Origin: an uncultured Actinomycetota bacterium
Lineage (GTDB): Bacteria > Actinomycetota > Actinomycetes > Nanopelagicales > Nanopelagicaceae
Direction of reading: 5' to 3'
Assembly: GCA_963710655.1 (NCBI GenBank)
Contig: CAVQBB010000006.1
Location: forward strand, 3,423 to 67,422
DNA length: 64,000 bases
Positions 20,527 to 30,592 of this stretch are shown here, one piece after another. The notes below the pieces were generated by a model. It saw only the letters and a program-made list of their open reading frames with translations. It ran no database searches and was not told where the DNA came from. Within the stretch, counting starts at the first letter, position 1. Each line of letters begins with the position of its first letter. The position numbers and the translations under genes are program-made.

Positions 20527-22627
20527 CTAGTGGCTTATGGTGAAGCGCTTGAGAGCCTTTGGAGCCCACCAATTTCGCTCGCCAAAGAGTCGCATCAGAG
20601 CTGGTACTAATAGAGCCCGCACCAGAGTCGAGTCGAGGAGAATTGCAAAGGCGACACCAAAACCTAAAGTTTTGATATTGGTGACGCCGCTCGTGAGGAA
20701 GGCTGCGAATACAACGGCTAGGAGAATAGCCGCTGAAGTGATAATTCGAGCCGAGCGTTGCAATCCAGTAGCTACCGCATCCACGTTAGAACGACCTGCA
20801 TCATGCTCTTCCTTAATGCGAGAAAGCAGGAATACTTCATAGTCCATCGATAAGCCGAAGGTGACTACGCAAATCAGGATCACCATTGATGTATCAATCG
20901 AACCCGTCTTAGTGAAAGAGCCGACTAGCCAGGTCAGGTGACCATCGATAAATATCCACGAGAGCGCGCCTATGGTTGCGCTCAATGAGAGGATATTGAG
21001 GATCACCGCCTTGATTGGCAGGATGATCGAGCCGGTGTACAAGAAGAGGAGAATCAACACCGAGAGGGCAATCCAGCCGAGCGCCCAAGGGAGCGTCCGC
21101 GAGATTCCTCCCTGCGTATCTGTGTATTCGGCAGCGGTACCGCCGACTAGCGGCTTTAGCGATGTTGGGATTGCTCGGACTGCATCGATCTGAGACTCCG
21201 CCGCATTCGTTCGAGGGCTGATTGATGAGATTGCAGAGATCCTCGCATCGTTCCCGGCGATTTGCGGTGCGGCGACGTTCACGATGCCTTCCACTTTTGA
21301 AAGCGCCGAAGAGTACGAAAGCAATTGATCTTGGTGCGCGGCGCCGCCTGGAATGATGATTTCTATCGGATTGGCGCTCTGACCGTCGAACTCCTTGTTG
21401 CTTATTGCGCTCGCGATCGCTGCTTTGTTATTTGCAGGAAGAGCTCGGCTATCAACTTCTGAGAAGACGATGTTTTTGATAGGAGTAGCGAGGATCGCCA
21501 GAATTATTACTGCGAAGGTAACGACCGCCACTGGACGCTTCATCACGAATCGCGCGGTCTGTGCCCACCTTCCATCTTCCTTAGGTGTGATAGCGCTCTT
21601 GCGAACTACGAATTTATCTACTCGTGTTCCCAGCATGGCCAAGATTGCCGGTAGGGGAACGAGTGCGCCAAAGACGGCAGTGAATACAACGCCAACGCCT
21701 GCATACCCAAAGGACTTAAGGAACATCAGTGGGAAGAACATCAATGCAACAACGGTAACCAGAACGGTTAGACCTGAAAAGAACACTGTACGTCCAGCTG
21801 TCGCAACGGTTCGAGCGACTGACTCCTCAACTGATTTGCCGGAGTGCAACTCTTCGCGGAATCTATTAACGATGAGAAGTGAGTAATCAATGCCCAATCC
21901 CAGACCCATACCTGTCGTCAAGTTGAGCGCAAATATGCTCACGCCGGTTGCAAGGCTGATGAGGTAAAGAATTAGGAAAGTTCCGAGAATCGCGCTGAGT
22001 CCAACAACGAGAGGCATCGCTGATGAAATAAGCCCGCCAAAGATGAAGATCAATAGGATGAAAGTTAAAGGCACTGATATTGATTCTGCTAGCGCGAGAT
22101 CTTTGGAGATTTTGGTGTTAATCGCCTCATTGATCATGGAACTTCCTCCGACATACACGCGGAGAGACTTATAAGGTCCGTCGTACTTAGATTGAATTAA
22201 CTTTGCCAAATCCTTTGATGTACTGGGATCACTGGCCGCTGAGTAAATAAAGAGATAGCCGGCTGTCCCGTCGATACTCTTGAGCGCAGGTGATCCTCCA
22301 GCCGACCAGTAGGAGAGAGTCTTAACGACTCCTGGCTCCGCGCTGATCGACTTTTCTAGCGATGCCGCATCAGCGGAGGTCGTCGGATCTGTAACGGAAG
22401 TGGAGCTCTGCACTACAAGTGCGAGCGCTGGATCCTTTACGTGAAACGTTGAGGTCAAATAACTTGGCGGCTTTTGCAGATTGGCTGTGTGGGTCGTTAT
22501 AGCCCCCACTATCGAGGCGGGGAAAGAGCAGGGAACTTGTAGCGCCTGCACCGATTAATACGACGATGAAGAGGGCTAAAACCGCCTTCCTGCGGTGAAC
22601 CAGTGTGTGGCCGAGTTTCTCAAACAT
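20527..22627 (-). pseudogene. MMPL-family (RND-type) membrane transporter, one frame break near the N-terminus as assembled
   Basis: Track ORFs 22370..22627 (MFEKLGHTLVHRRKAVLALFIVVLIGAG...) and 20527..22551 join at about 22448-22456. The body is a typical 12-TM MmpL. Confidence 0.8.
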
Positions 22628-22652
22628 ATGGGGGCCTTTCAGGTGTGGTCGG

Positions 22653-22695
22653 AATCTGAATAGTGTTCAGATTATGGGGTGTTGATTTGAACACT
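22653..22695. promoter_or_regulatory. Nested inverted repeats in the mmpL/tetR divergent promoter region (candidate TetR operator)
   Basis: AATCTGAA-N5-TTCAGATT lies at 22653-22673. In addition, AGTGTTCAGATT (22662-22673) is imperfectly inverted against GATTTGAACACT (22684-22695). Confidence 0.35.
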
Positions 22696-22721
22696 GTCAA
22701 GTTTCAAGAGATACTTATGGC

Positions 22722-23347
22722 GTGTCTTTACCTAAAGTTCTTCGAGCCAGTAAATCTGGCCGGGAGAGTTATCACCATGGCGACCTGGAGGCGGCGCTCG
22801 TCGATGCCGCTATCGAGTTAGTCCGAAAGACTGGACCAGGACACCTCTCACTCCGCGCGGTTGCCAACAGGTCGGCGTTAGCCCGAGCGCTGTCTATCAC
22901 TACTTCCCAGATAAAGATGCCTTGGTCTCTCATGTTGGTGACAAACTTTTTGTTGATCTAGCCGATATGCAGAGAGCGGCGCTCGCCAATATTCCTGGCA
23001 AATCAGCGCGGGCGGCGCGACTCAGGTATCGAGAGCTCGGACGAACTTACTTCCGGTGGGCGTATAAAGAACCAAATCTCTTTCGATTGATGTTTGGTGG
23101 ATTCTGCAAGATCGAAAAAGAGGGACTTCACATCGAAGATGAGGCATTTCAAATGTTGACCCAGTGTCTCGATGATCTACTTGCTACCGGACTTATATCT
23201 CCGGAGATGCGTCAATACGGGGAGCTGATTTCGTGGTCATCTGTCCAAGGAGCTTCAAACCTGATTGTTGAAGGGCATCTGCCTCCAGAAGTATTTGAAT
23301 CTCTTCTCGACGGACTTGAACTTGCGATGATCGGGAGAAAAAAATGA
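22722..23347 (+). pseudogene. TetR-family transcriptional regulator, one frame break in the HTH region as assembled
   Basis: ...LSLRAVANR in frame 3 continues as VGVSPSAVYHYFPDKDALVSHVGDKLF... in frame 2. The shift lies at about 22866-22872. The gene is divergent from mmpL. Confidence 0.8.
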
Positions 23348-23460
23348 GTGATTCCAATATCTTGCCCAAAGTGACTCAGGATGAGATTGATCCTCGAGAA
23401 GATGATGAAGCTCTTCGCGAGGCTCAGATTGAGGCCGATCGGCCTCCACATCACGGTTGA
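23344..23460 (+). CDS. Candidate 38-aa acidic micro-protein, ATGA-coupled to the tetR stop
   Basis: MSDSNILPKVTQDEIDPREDDEALREAQIEADRPPHHG. The ATG at 23344 overlaps the tetR TGA (23345-23347). No homology evidence is available to me. Confidence 0.25.
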   Translation: MSDSNILPKVTQDEIDPREDDEALREAQIEADRPPHHG

Positions 23461-23472
23461 GAATATGCGGGT

Positions 23473-23673
23473 TTATTCGCTACCACTTGAAGCAGCGGGC
23501 CGAGAGTCTGTCTTGTAGAAACCTCCGCCTTTAAAGACCACTCCTACATTGGAGTAGACCTTCCGAACCTCACCCTTGCAAACAGGGCATTCTGAGATCG
23601 GGTCGTCGGCGAAGGCCTGGAAGAGTTCAAATTGATGGCCGCAGGCGGTGCAGGCGTATTGGTAGGTCGGCAT
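23473..23673 (-). CDS. FmdB-family zinc-ribbon putative regulatory protein
   Basis: MPTYQYACTACGHQFE...CPVCKG... is the CxxC-X-CxxC FmdB signature. Confidence 0.85.
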   Translation of the reverse strand: MPTYQYACTACGHQFELFQAFADDPISECPVCKGEVRKVYSNVGVVFKGGGFYKTDSRPAASSGSE

Positions 23674-23783
23674 GGAGGTAAGTCTAAAGAGGTGAGAGGA
23701 TAGGTTCTAATCCAAATGGATGGTGGGCGAACTTATATGCCGTTGGACCTCTTCGGCGGGCTCACATCTACGAAAGGCCTGGA

Positions 23784-24383
23784 ATGCGCGCCCTTATAAG
23801 GAGCAAGTCGGCACATCTAGTGGCTGTGGGTGGGTTATTAGCCCTCAGCGCTTTACTCGCTACCCCGGCCCAGGCAAATAGCGTGGTCTCGACCGTTCCC
23901 GCTGTGGGCGCAGTGCTTACGCAAGCCCCTAATGGAGTCTCGGTAACTGCAGCAACCACCTTGCTCCCAGATGGAAACAGCCTCTCCGTGACTGACCCAA
24001 ATGGGGTGGAAGTCGACGATGGCTCCTTGACGATCTCAGATACGACTGCGGTCGTGGGGTTGAAGCCCCTTACTGTCACTGGAATTTACACAGTTTCCTA
24101 CACCTTGCTGAGTGCAACAGATGCGCCGCTTACCGACTCCTACACCTTTCTCTTTAATGCTCCGGCAGTGATCTCCACACCAACCGCTTCACCGACTCCT
24201 GTCGTTACGCACCCAATCATTCCCTCGAATTCAGCGAGCAGCTCGGCGGCCAAAATAACTGTTTTGGTATTCCTTGGTCTGGCAACAATTGTCGCGCTCT
24301 TCTTGGTTTGGTATGCCCGCCTGATCTGGAAGCAATCGCGAAAAGCTCGTAAACGTCGCACTCATGAAAGAGGCCAGAAATAA
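23784..24383 (+). CDS. copC: CopC-domain copper-binding protein with C-terminal membrane anchor
   Basis: Signal peptide, a CopC-like beta-sandwich (VVSTVPAVGAVLTQAPNGVSV...GIYTVSYTLLSATD) and a C-terminal TM helix. Confidence 0.75.
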   Translation: MRALIRSKSAHLVAVGGLLALSALLATPAQANSVVSTVPAVGAVLTQAPNGVSVTAATTLLPDGNSLSVTDPNGVEVDDGSLTISDTTAVVGLKPLTVTGIYTVSYTLLSATDAPLTDSYTFLFNAPAVISTPTASPTPVVTHPIIPSNSASSSAAKITVLVFLGLATIVALFLVWYARLIWKQSRKARKRRTHERGQK

Positions 24384-24391
24384 ATCTGGCA

Positions 24392-26293
24392 ATGGCGGTG
24401 GTTGCAGCTCACAACCACTCACTAAGTTCGAACTCCGTCGTCGATCTGCTCTTACCCATTGTTAAGGATTTTTATCTCATCTCGATCATTACCTCGATCG
24501 GTTTACTTTTTGCGATCGGGTTCTTAGTTCACGAAAACCGCGGAAAGTTAACAAAAGAATCTGGTCGTCTGAGAAACTTGGTGCAGTTAGCCACCGTCGT
24601 GTGGTTGGTCTGTTCTGTGGGTGGCGTCTTTGTTGAATTAGCGAATCTGCTTGGCAGCGGACTCTTAGATGCATTTCACACTTCAGTTCTACGGAGTTTT
24701 CTATTTTCAACCAGCATCGGTCGCGATTACGTTTTTCAGATTTTGATGGGCGTTTTAGCGCTCGCCTTAGTTGCTAGAGCTAAAAAGGTTGGAGCGGTTT
24801 ATTTCGCACTTGCCGCAACTATGCTGGCAATTTTGATTCCACTTTTTCAGAGCCATGCGGCAAGCTCCGGAAATCACGGCCTAGCAATTGGCGCCCTTAT
24901 CTTCCACGTGGGGGCGGTATCGCTCTGGGTGGGTGGAGTTATTGGTCTCGCCGCGATCTCACCGCGTGAACGGAGCGAATCAATATCGCGATTCAGTGCA
25001 TTTGCCCTCTGGGCGGCCATCATCGTGGGAGTAAGCGGCGTATTGAGTGCCTGGACCAGATTAAATTTCTTGGCAGGTTGGCACTCTCGCTACGGCTTTC
25101 TAGTAATCCTCAAAGTCATTCTCTTTCTTGTTCTTGTATTTATTGGATCTCGTCACAGAGCTCACATTGCCTCCCAACTTTCGGGGAGCAAGCAGGTATT
25201 TCGGTTGCTGATCAATGAGAGCTTGGTGATGTTAGTAGCGGTTGGAATTGGGGGATGGCTCAGCACGAGCGTTCCTCCAATCTCTCCCTCGGAGATCCTC
25301 GCTGCTAGTGATCCTTCTATTGCAATCACGGGAATCAAAATGCCGGCGGCACCAACTGTTGGGCGCATCTTCTCTGCCTATTCCCCAGACGGAACCATGC
25401 TCGGTTTTCTTCTGCTTATAACCGCCTTGTACATCTACGGAGTTGTTGTTTTGAGCCGCCGCGGAGACAAATGGCCAGTAGGTCGCACCATCTCTTTCGC
25501 AATCGCGGTCTCATTGGTAGATTTCGCAACGAGTGGTGGGATTGGCGTATATGCGCACTTCGCCTTTTCGTACCACATGTTGGCCCACATGATCTTAGGA
25601 ATGATCGCGCCAATCGGCTTTGTTCTCAGCGCCCCGATTACCCTGGCCCTGCGCACACTCCCTCAAGGTAGAACTCCAGAAGAGCGAGGAATCCGAGGAG
25701 TTTTGATATCGATAATTCACTCTCGTTACTCCTTGATCATCACAAATCCAGTGATCGCACTTGGGCTATTTGATGGCTCTCTCTTCTTGCTCTATATGAC
25801 ACCGCTCTTTGGCAAGTTAATGCAATCGCATAGCGGTCACTTGTTGATGGATATCCATTTCCTTTTAGCAGGATATTTGTTCTTCTATGTGATCGTCGGA
25901 ATCGACCCGAACCCTCGCAAGATTCCACATATCGTCAGGATTATTGTTCTCTTTGCCGCGATGAGTATTCATGCCTTCTTCTCCATCGCATTGCTATCTA
26001 CAACCACATTGTTGGATGGGGGTTACTTCGCCTCTCTCGATCGACCTTGGAACACCAACTTGCTCTCGGATCAGCACACCGGCGGTTCACTCGGATGGGT
26101 CATGGGAGAGATACCGATTTTGATTGCTTTGATCGCCACATTTATTCAATGGATGCGCGATGATTCACGTGAGGCGAAGCGATTGGATCGAGCAGCTGAC
26201 CGAGCCGCTGCGATGGGTGAAGAAGATGAACTTGCTAAATACAACAAGTATTTAGCATCACTGGCTAAAGGGGATCAGCAGCACCCCGATTAA
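24392..26293 (+). CDS. CopD-family / cytochrome c oxidase assembly factor CtaG-like fusion membrane protein
   Basis: 633 aa and polytopic. The N-terminal half is CopD-like and the C-terminal half is Caa3_CtaG-like. It lies immediately downstream of copC. Confidence 0.7.
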   Translation: MAVVAAHNHSLSSNSVVDLLLPIVKDFYLISIITSIGLLFAIGFLVHENRGKLTKESGRLRNLVQLATVVWLVCSVGGVFVELANLLGSGLLDAFHTSVLRSFLFSTSIGRDYVFQILMGVLALALVARAKKVGAVYFALAATMLAILIPLFQSHAASSGNHGLAIGALIFHVGAVSLWVGGVIGLAAISPRERSESISRFSAFALWAAIIVGVSGVLSAWTRLNFLAGWHSRYGFLVILKVILFLVLVFIGSRHRAHIASQLSGSKQVFRLLINESLVMLVAVGIGGWLSTSVPPISPSEILAASDPSIAITGIKMPAAPTVGRIFSAYSPDGTMLGFLLLITALYIYGVVVLSRRGDKWPVGRTISFAIAVSLVDFATSGGIGVYAHFAFSYHMLAHMILGMIAPIGFVLSAPITLALRTLPQGRTPEERGIRGVLISIIHSRYSLIITNPVIALGLFDGSLFLLYMTPLFGKLMQSHSGHLLMDIHFLLAGYLFFYVIVGIDPNPRKIPHIVRIIVLFAAMSIHAFFSIALLSTTTLLDGGYFASLDRPWNTNLLSDQHTGGSLGWVMGEIPILIALIATFIQWMRDDSREAKRLDRAADRAAAMGEEDELAKYNKYLASLAKGDQQHPD

Positions 26294-26846
26294 ATCGCAT
26301 GAGTAATCCAGGCGTTGCCGCGGCATCTACCTTCTGGTCGTGTGGCTCAGTTGGCAGTGCAAGGTGGGTGATCTCGTGCGCGCCTACCAGCGCTATCTTC
26401 CAGGCATTTAACCGAGCAAGGGCTCGGTCGTACGATCCACCGCCTTGCCCCATCCGGTTACCCTCGTGATCCACTACTAGAGCAGGAACGATAACGACCT
26501 CAATAGCCGCTTCATCATTGAAGGTAGTTCCAGTAGGTTCAAGCACTTTGCCATTCTTCTTAAGCGAGGCGGTCGATCCATCCCAGGCAACCCATTCCAA
26601 ATCTTTATTGGGCAAGGTCCGCGGGAGTAGTACCGTCTTGCCAGAGGCAATCAACGATTGGTTTATATCTGAAGTTTGTGGTTCATCACCATATGAAATG
26701 TATGAGGCGATAACTCGAGAGGTTTGAATCTCGGGGCAATGAACAATGTGTATCCAACTTTCAGAGATGAATTTATCTTCGCGTAATCGGCGTAGATCGG
26801 CCCGAAGTAGGCGTTTTTCATCACCCTTCGAATCCACGCAGATCAC
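26265..26846 (-). CDS. 5-formyltetrahydrofolate cyclo-ligase
   Basis: Carries the ...GQGGGSYDRAL... motif. Its position matches Rv0992c in the conserved neighbourhood. Confidence 0.8.
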   Translation of the reverse strand: MICVDSKGDEKRLLRADLRRLREDKFISESWIHIVHCPEIQTSRVIASYISYGDEPQTSDINQSLIASGKTVLLPRTLPNKDLEWVAWDGSTASLKKNGKVLEPTGTTFNDEAAIEVVIVPALVVDHEGNRMGQGGGSYDRALARLNAWKIALVGAHEITHLALPTEPHDQKVDAAATPGLLMRFNRGAADPL

Positions 26847-26885
26847 CTCCGTTGGAATATCAGTTGAACGAAGTAAGGTTAAACC

Positions 26886-27803
26886 ATGAGTTCGCAGATT
26901 TCAGTTAAGAATATGTTGTCTGAACTCCTTGCGATTTCTCATCCATTGACTCCTTTTGATATGCCTCTTCTCGATGCGCATGGGGCAACACTGGCAGAGG
27001 ATATTTTTGTAGGAGATGAGATTGTTTTAGCTCGAGGAGCGCGTATTCGCTCTCCTCAGATTGGCCTCGCGGCCTCGCTTGGCCTCTCAAGGCTTCCCAC
27101 CCAACCTCATCCTCGGGTCGTTGTAATTTCAGCCGGAGATGATTTGGTGGAGCCGGGGCAACCCATTGAAGATCATGAAGAGTTTGAAACAAACTCCTGG
27201 ATGCTAGCGACCGCAGCTCGAGAGGCAGGCGCATTGGCATATCGGGTTCACACGATCCCTGAGAATCATGAGCAACTTAAAGCGGTCATTGAGGATCAAC
27301 TGGTTCGAGCAGATTTGATCGTGATAAGTGGTGAGAGCAACGACGGCTCTTTTGAACTGATCGAACAGGTTCTCGCTGAATTAGGTGAGATTCAGATAGG
27401 GATCCCTAATTTGGATGGAGCTGGTCGCCATTGTTTTGGGACTATCGGAGATGATGAGATTCCAGTTATTGCCCTGCCTGGTGATCCAATAAGCGCATAC
27501 ATTTCTTTTGAGGTTTTCATCAGGCCGATGATCAGAACAATGTTGGGCGTGAAGAATGTCTTTCGCCCAACCAGTAAGGCGCAGATCGGGGCCGATATTG
27601 AATCTCCGATTGGGGTAGCCGCTCTCATCAGAGCCACTCTCTCTGATGTTGGAAGCGGTGTTCCGATTGTCACGGCAATTGCGGATCAAAGCGGGTTACT
27701 TTCAATCTCGGATGCTCATGCCTTTATCACTGTTCCAGCTGACTCACCCGGATACCTGAAGGGTGAAATTGCAGAGATAATGATTTTGGATCGGACCGTT
27801 TAA
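26886..27803 (+). CDS. MoeA/gephyrin-like protein, short form lacking the canonical substrate-site segment (Glp-like)
   Basis: MoeA-like N-terminus (PLLDAHGATLAEDIFV), then directly GDEIVLARGARIRSPQIGLAASLG...PRVVVISAGDDLVEPG. The MPT-binding motifs are degenerate (GESNDG, DGAG). 305 aa, versus roughly 400 for MoeA. Confidence 0.65.
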   Translation: MSSQISVKNMLSELLAISHPLTPFDMPLLDAHGATLAEDIFVGDEIVLARGARIRSPQIGLAASLGLSRLPTQPHPRVVVISAGDDLVEPGQPIEDHEEFETNSWMLATAAREAGALAYRVHTIPENHEQLKAVIEDQLVRADLIVISGESNDGSFELIEQVLAELGEIQIGIPNLDGAGRHCFGTIGDDEIPVIALPGDPISAYISFEVFIRPMIRTMLGVKNVFRPTSKAQIGADIESPIGVAALIRATLSDVGSGVPIVTAIADQSGLLSISDAHAFITVPADSPGYLKGEIAEIMILDRTV

Positions 27804-28381
27804 TGATGGGCAGTTGGCCGTTCGTGATTGAAGATCACGAGATCACCCTTCGCCCATTGCGTTATCGAGACCGTGCCCAGTGGCTCAAAGTGCGAGCGGT
27901 CAATGCACAGTGGCTCGCCCCGTGGGAAGCCACGAGACCCCCTTTGGAGAGCGACCGACCATTGCCTTCTTATTACGAAATGGTTCGTTACTACAACAAA
28001 GAAGGCCGTGAATTACGTTCAATTTCCCTTGGAATCTGGCTTCGCGAGGGTGGCCGGGAACGCTTGGTAGGTCAGATCACACTTGGCGGCATAGTTTTTG
28101 GTGCATATCGAGGCGCCCATATTGGTTATTGGATTGACCAACGAGTTGCCAATCGTGGTTACACGACGAGAGCAGTAAAGGCGCTGACTAACTTCGCTTT
28201 TAATGATCTTCATCTTCATCGCATTGAAATTAATTTGCGCCCCGAAAATGCAGCCTCTAAGAAAGTGGCGGAAAAGAGCGGTTATAGCTACGAAGGCTTG
28301 CGTCCAAAATATCTTCATATCGCCGGGGATTGGCGCGACCACCTCACTTTTGTGGCGGAAAACCCCAATAATTTCAATTAA
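27803..28381 (+). CDS. GNAT-family N-acetyltransferase (RimJ-like)
   Basis: GNAT core RGYTTRAVKALTNFAF...LHRIEINLRPENAASKKVAEKSGYSYEG. The start overlaps the upstream stop (TAATG). Confidence 0.75.
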   Translation: MMGSWPFVIEDHEITLRPLRYRDRAQWLKVRAVNAQWLAPWEATRPPLESDRPLPSYYEMVRYYNKEGRELRSISLGIWLREGGRERLVGQITLGGIVFGAYRGAHIGYWIDQRVANRGYTTRAVKALTNFAFNDLHLHRIEINLRPENAASKKVAEKSGYSYEGLRPKYLHIAGDWRDHLTFVAENPNNFN

Positions 28382-28436
28382 GACATAGCGTCTAAATCCC
28401 GACTTTTCGCCCATACCTGAATTACTGTTTCATTCC

Positions 28437-29186
28437 ATGGCGTCCGGACTCATCTATCTGATCATTATCGGAATGTGGGTCGCTTACTTTTTGCCTCGCT
28501 GGATGCGCCAACACGAAACTCAATCCGGTCGCGAGACCGAGCGCTACAAGAGTGCGATGAAGATTGTGGCCTCTACTCCCAATTTCCCGGATCCCATCAA
28601 CCCCGATGAAAAGTTAAAAACTTTGCGTCTTCGTCGACGTGTTCTCGGCGCTTTGATTGCGGTAACAATTGGCACGGTTGCAGTAGTTGCCCTCGGTTAC
28701 ATCCCAATGATGAGCATCTTGATTCCCGTTACAGCCCTTGCGATTTATCTTATTCATGTTCGCCGTCAGGTGGTTGCAGCCCAGATTAAAAAGCGCAGGC
28801 TTGCAGCTCTTGCCGCCATCACAGCAGTTGAAATCAAGGTAGATCCAAAGGCTCGAATCGATCTCTCACGACGTGAGTTGAGCGAGAGCGAAGCGGTTCT
28901 CGAACAATGGGTCCCTCTCCGTGAGCGCAGCACATCCTCGAGCATCACAATTATTGAAAAGAGCGAAGAGCGCAGTTGGTCACCGATTGCGGTTCCAAAG
29001 CCAACCTACGCAACCGCTCCCAAAGCAATTACTCCAAAGCGCACTATCGATCTAACTACCCCTGGCAAGTGGAGCGCGGAACAAGAGCGTCAGAGCGCCC
29101 TTGAAATTCCAGCACGGGATGAACTATTTGATCAAGAGCTGGCAGAGCAAGCAGCGGCAGAACGTGATTGGGCCGCTAACCAATAA
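28437..29186 (+). CDS. Membrane protein in the Rv0996/GlpR position
   Basis: N-terminal TM helix (LIYLIIIGMWVAYFLPRWM), a second hydrophobic hairpin, and a charged C-terminal tail. The assignment is by synteny only. Confidence 0.45.
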   Translation: MASGLIYLIIIGMWVAYFLPRWMRQHETQSGRETERYKSAMKIVASTPNFPDPINPDEKLKTLRLRRRVLGALIAVTIGTVAVVALGYIPMMSILIPVTALAIYLIHVRRQVVAAQIKKRRLAALAAITAVEIKVDPKARIDLSRRELSESEAVLEQWVPLRERSTSSSITIIEKSEERSWSPIAVPKPTYATAPKAITPKRTIDLTTPGKWSAEQERQSALEIPARDELFDQELAEQAAAERDWAANQ

Positions 29187-29198
29187 AAGTATGTAGCT

Positions 29199-30560
29199 TT
29201 AAATCCAACTTGGGAACCACATGAGAGAACTCCAGTGGTGATACGTAATTACATTCCCAAGGTAGAGCGGTAAGAAATATAAGAAGTTGAGAACTACTAA
29301 TCCCAAGAATGTATTGCTGGCGTAACGCCTAAATTTAGAGATCTCTCCAGCTTCGTCGGGTTCAAGCAATTTAGATAAGGCAAATACGACTATGAGAATA
29401 ATAAATGGCTCAAATGCGATGGTGTAAAAATTAAAGATTGTACGTTTTTGCCAATTGAACCAAGGTAAATATCCGGCAGCTAAACTCAAAAGTAGTAATC
29501 CGCTCTGCCATTCTCGTCGCGCAATCCAGTAACCGAAAGTCACTGCGATCGCGGCCACTGCCGACCACCACAACAGCGGAGTTCCCAGTGCCACAATCTC
29601 TTGAGCGCATGCTGGAGCTCCACACGAATGTGGGGCTTGATAGTAGAAGGAGGTGGGCCTAGCCATTATTAGCCAGCCCCATGGATTTGCGGAATATGGG
29701 TGTGAGGCGGTGAGGGTGGTGTGAAATGTCCACATCTCAGAGTGATAGTGCCACAAGGAGCGCACTGGGGCAGGAATGAAATTGAAGAATCCATGCTTCT
29801 GCGAGTTAGCCCAATTTCGATCATAGCCAGAGGTGTTAAAGAACCAACCAACCCAACTCAATACGTAAACAAAAATAGGAATAACGATGTATTGCAAAGC
29901 TCTCTTCCAGAGCTTCTCTTTCAAAAGGACTTTGAGTGGATCTTCAATTTCAAGCGCCTTGTTCTGTCGGTAATCGACATACAAAGTGAAGAGGAAATAG
30001 GCGATTAAATAGTAAAGGCCACTCCACTTTGTGGCTGCCGCCAAACCGATCGCGATACCCGCGGCGAAGTGTTGGTTTCGAAGAAGAAAGAAGAAACCTA
30101 ATAAGGTGAAGAACATCAAGAAGATATCTAGTAGTGCGGTGCGCGACAAGACCAGATGAAGTCCATCGGCGCTCATTAAAATTCCAGCCGCGAGTGATAG
30201 GTAGTAGTTATTGAATAGTCGCTTAGCAATATAGAAGATCATCACGATCGACAGCGAACCAACTACAGCCGCTGAGATACGCCAGCCAAATTCGTGATAA
30301 CCGAAGATCTTGATTCCAAGGGCAATCATCCATTTGCCAACAGGCGGGTGGACTATAAATTGAGCTGCAGCCGTTTTTGGGTCTAGCTCGACGCCATGAT
30401 GGAGAAGCGAGTTGGCATTCTGGGCGTAATAAACCTCATCGAAGACAAAGCCCTTGGGGGTACCTAGATGCCACACCCGGAGAAGGAGAGCGGCCATTCC
30501 AAGTCCGAAAGCGGTGAGGTGATCACGTAATTGGCGGCGATCGACCTCAATGATTGTCAT
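29199..30560 (-). CDS. pmt: Dolichyl/polyprenyl-phosphate-mannose protein mannosyltransferase (PMT family)
   Basis: Polytopic membrane protein with the loop-1 DE motif (FVFDEVYYAQNA). It is divergent from rsmI, as Rv1002c is from Rv1003. Confidence 0.85.
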   Translation of the reverse strand: MTIIEVDRRQLRDHLTAFGLGMAALLLRVWHLGTPKGFVFDEVYYAQNANSLLHHGVELDPKTAAAQFIVHPPVGKWMIALGIKIFGYHEFGWRISAAVVGSLSIVMIFYIAKRLFNNYYLSLAAGILMSADGLHLVLSRTALLDIFLMFFTLLGFFFLLRNQHFAAGIAIGLAAATKWSGLYYLIAYFLFTLYVDYRQNKALEIEDPLKVLLKEKLWKRALQYIVIPIFVYVLSWVGWFFNTSGYDRNWANSQKHGFFNFIPAPVRSLWHYHSEMWTFHTTLTASHPYSANPWGWLIMARPTSFYYQAPHSCGAPACAQEIVALGTPLLWWSAVAAIAVTFGYWIARREWQSGLLLLSLAAGYLPWFNWQKRTIFNFYTIAFEPFIILIVVFALSKLLEPDEAGEISKFRRYASNTFLGLVVLNFLYFLPLYLGNVITYHHWSSLMWFPSWI

Positions 30561-30592
30561 GTGCCAAGCCTAAAGCCTGCGAGAATTGCCCC

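Noticed and set aside
21395-21886. 163-aa ORF antisense within mmpL
   Set aside because: It is embedded in the MmpL membrane domain coding region and shows no motif.
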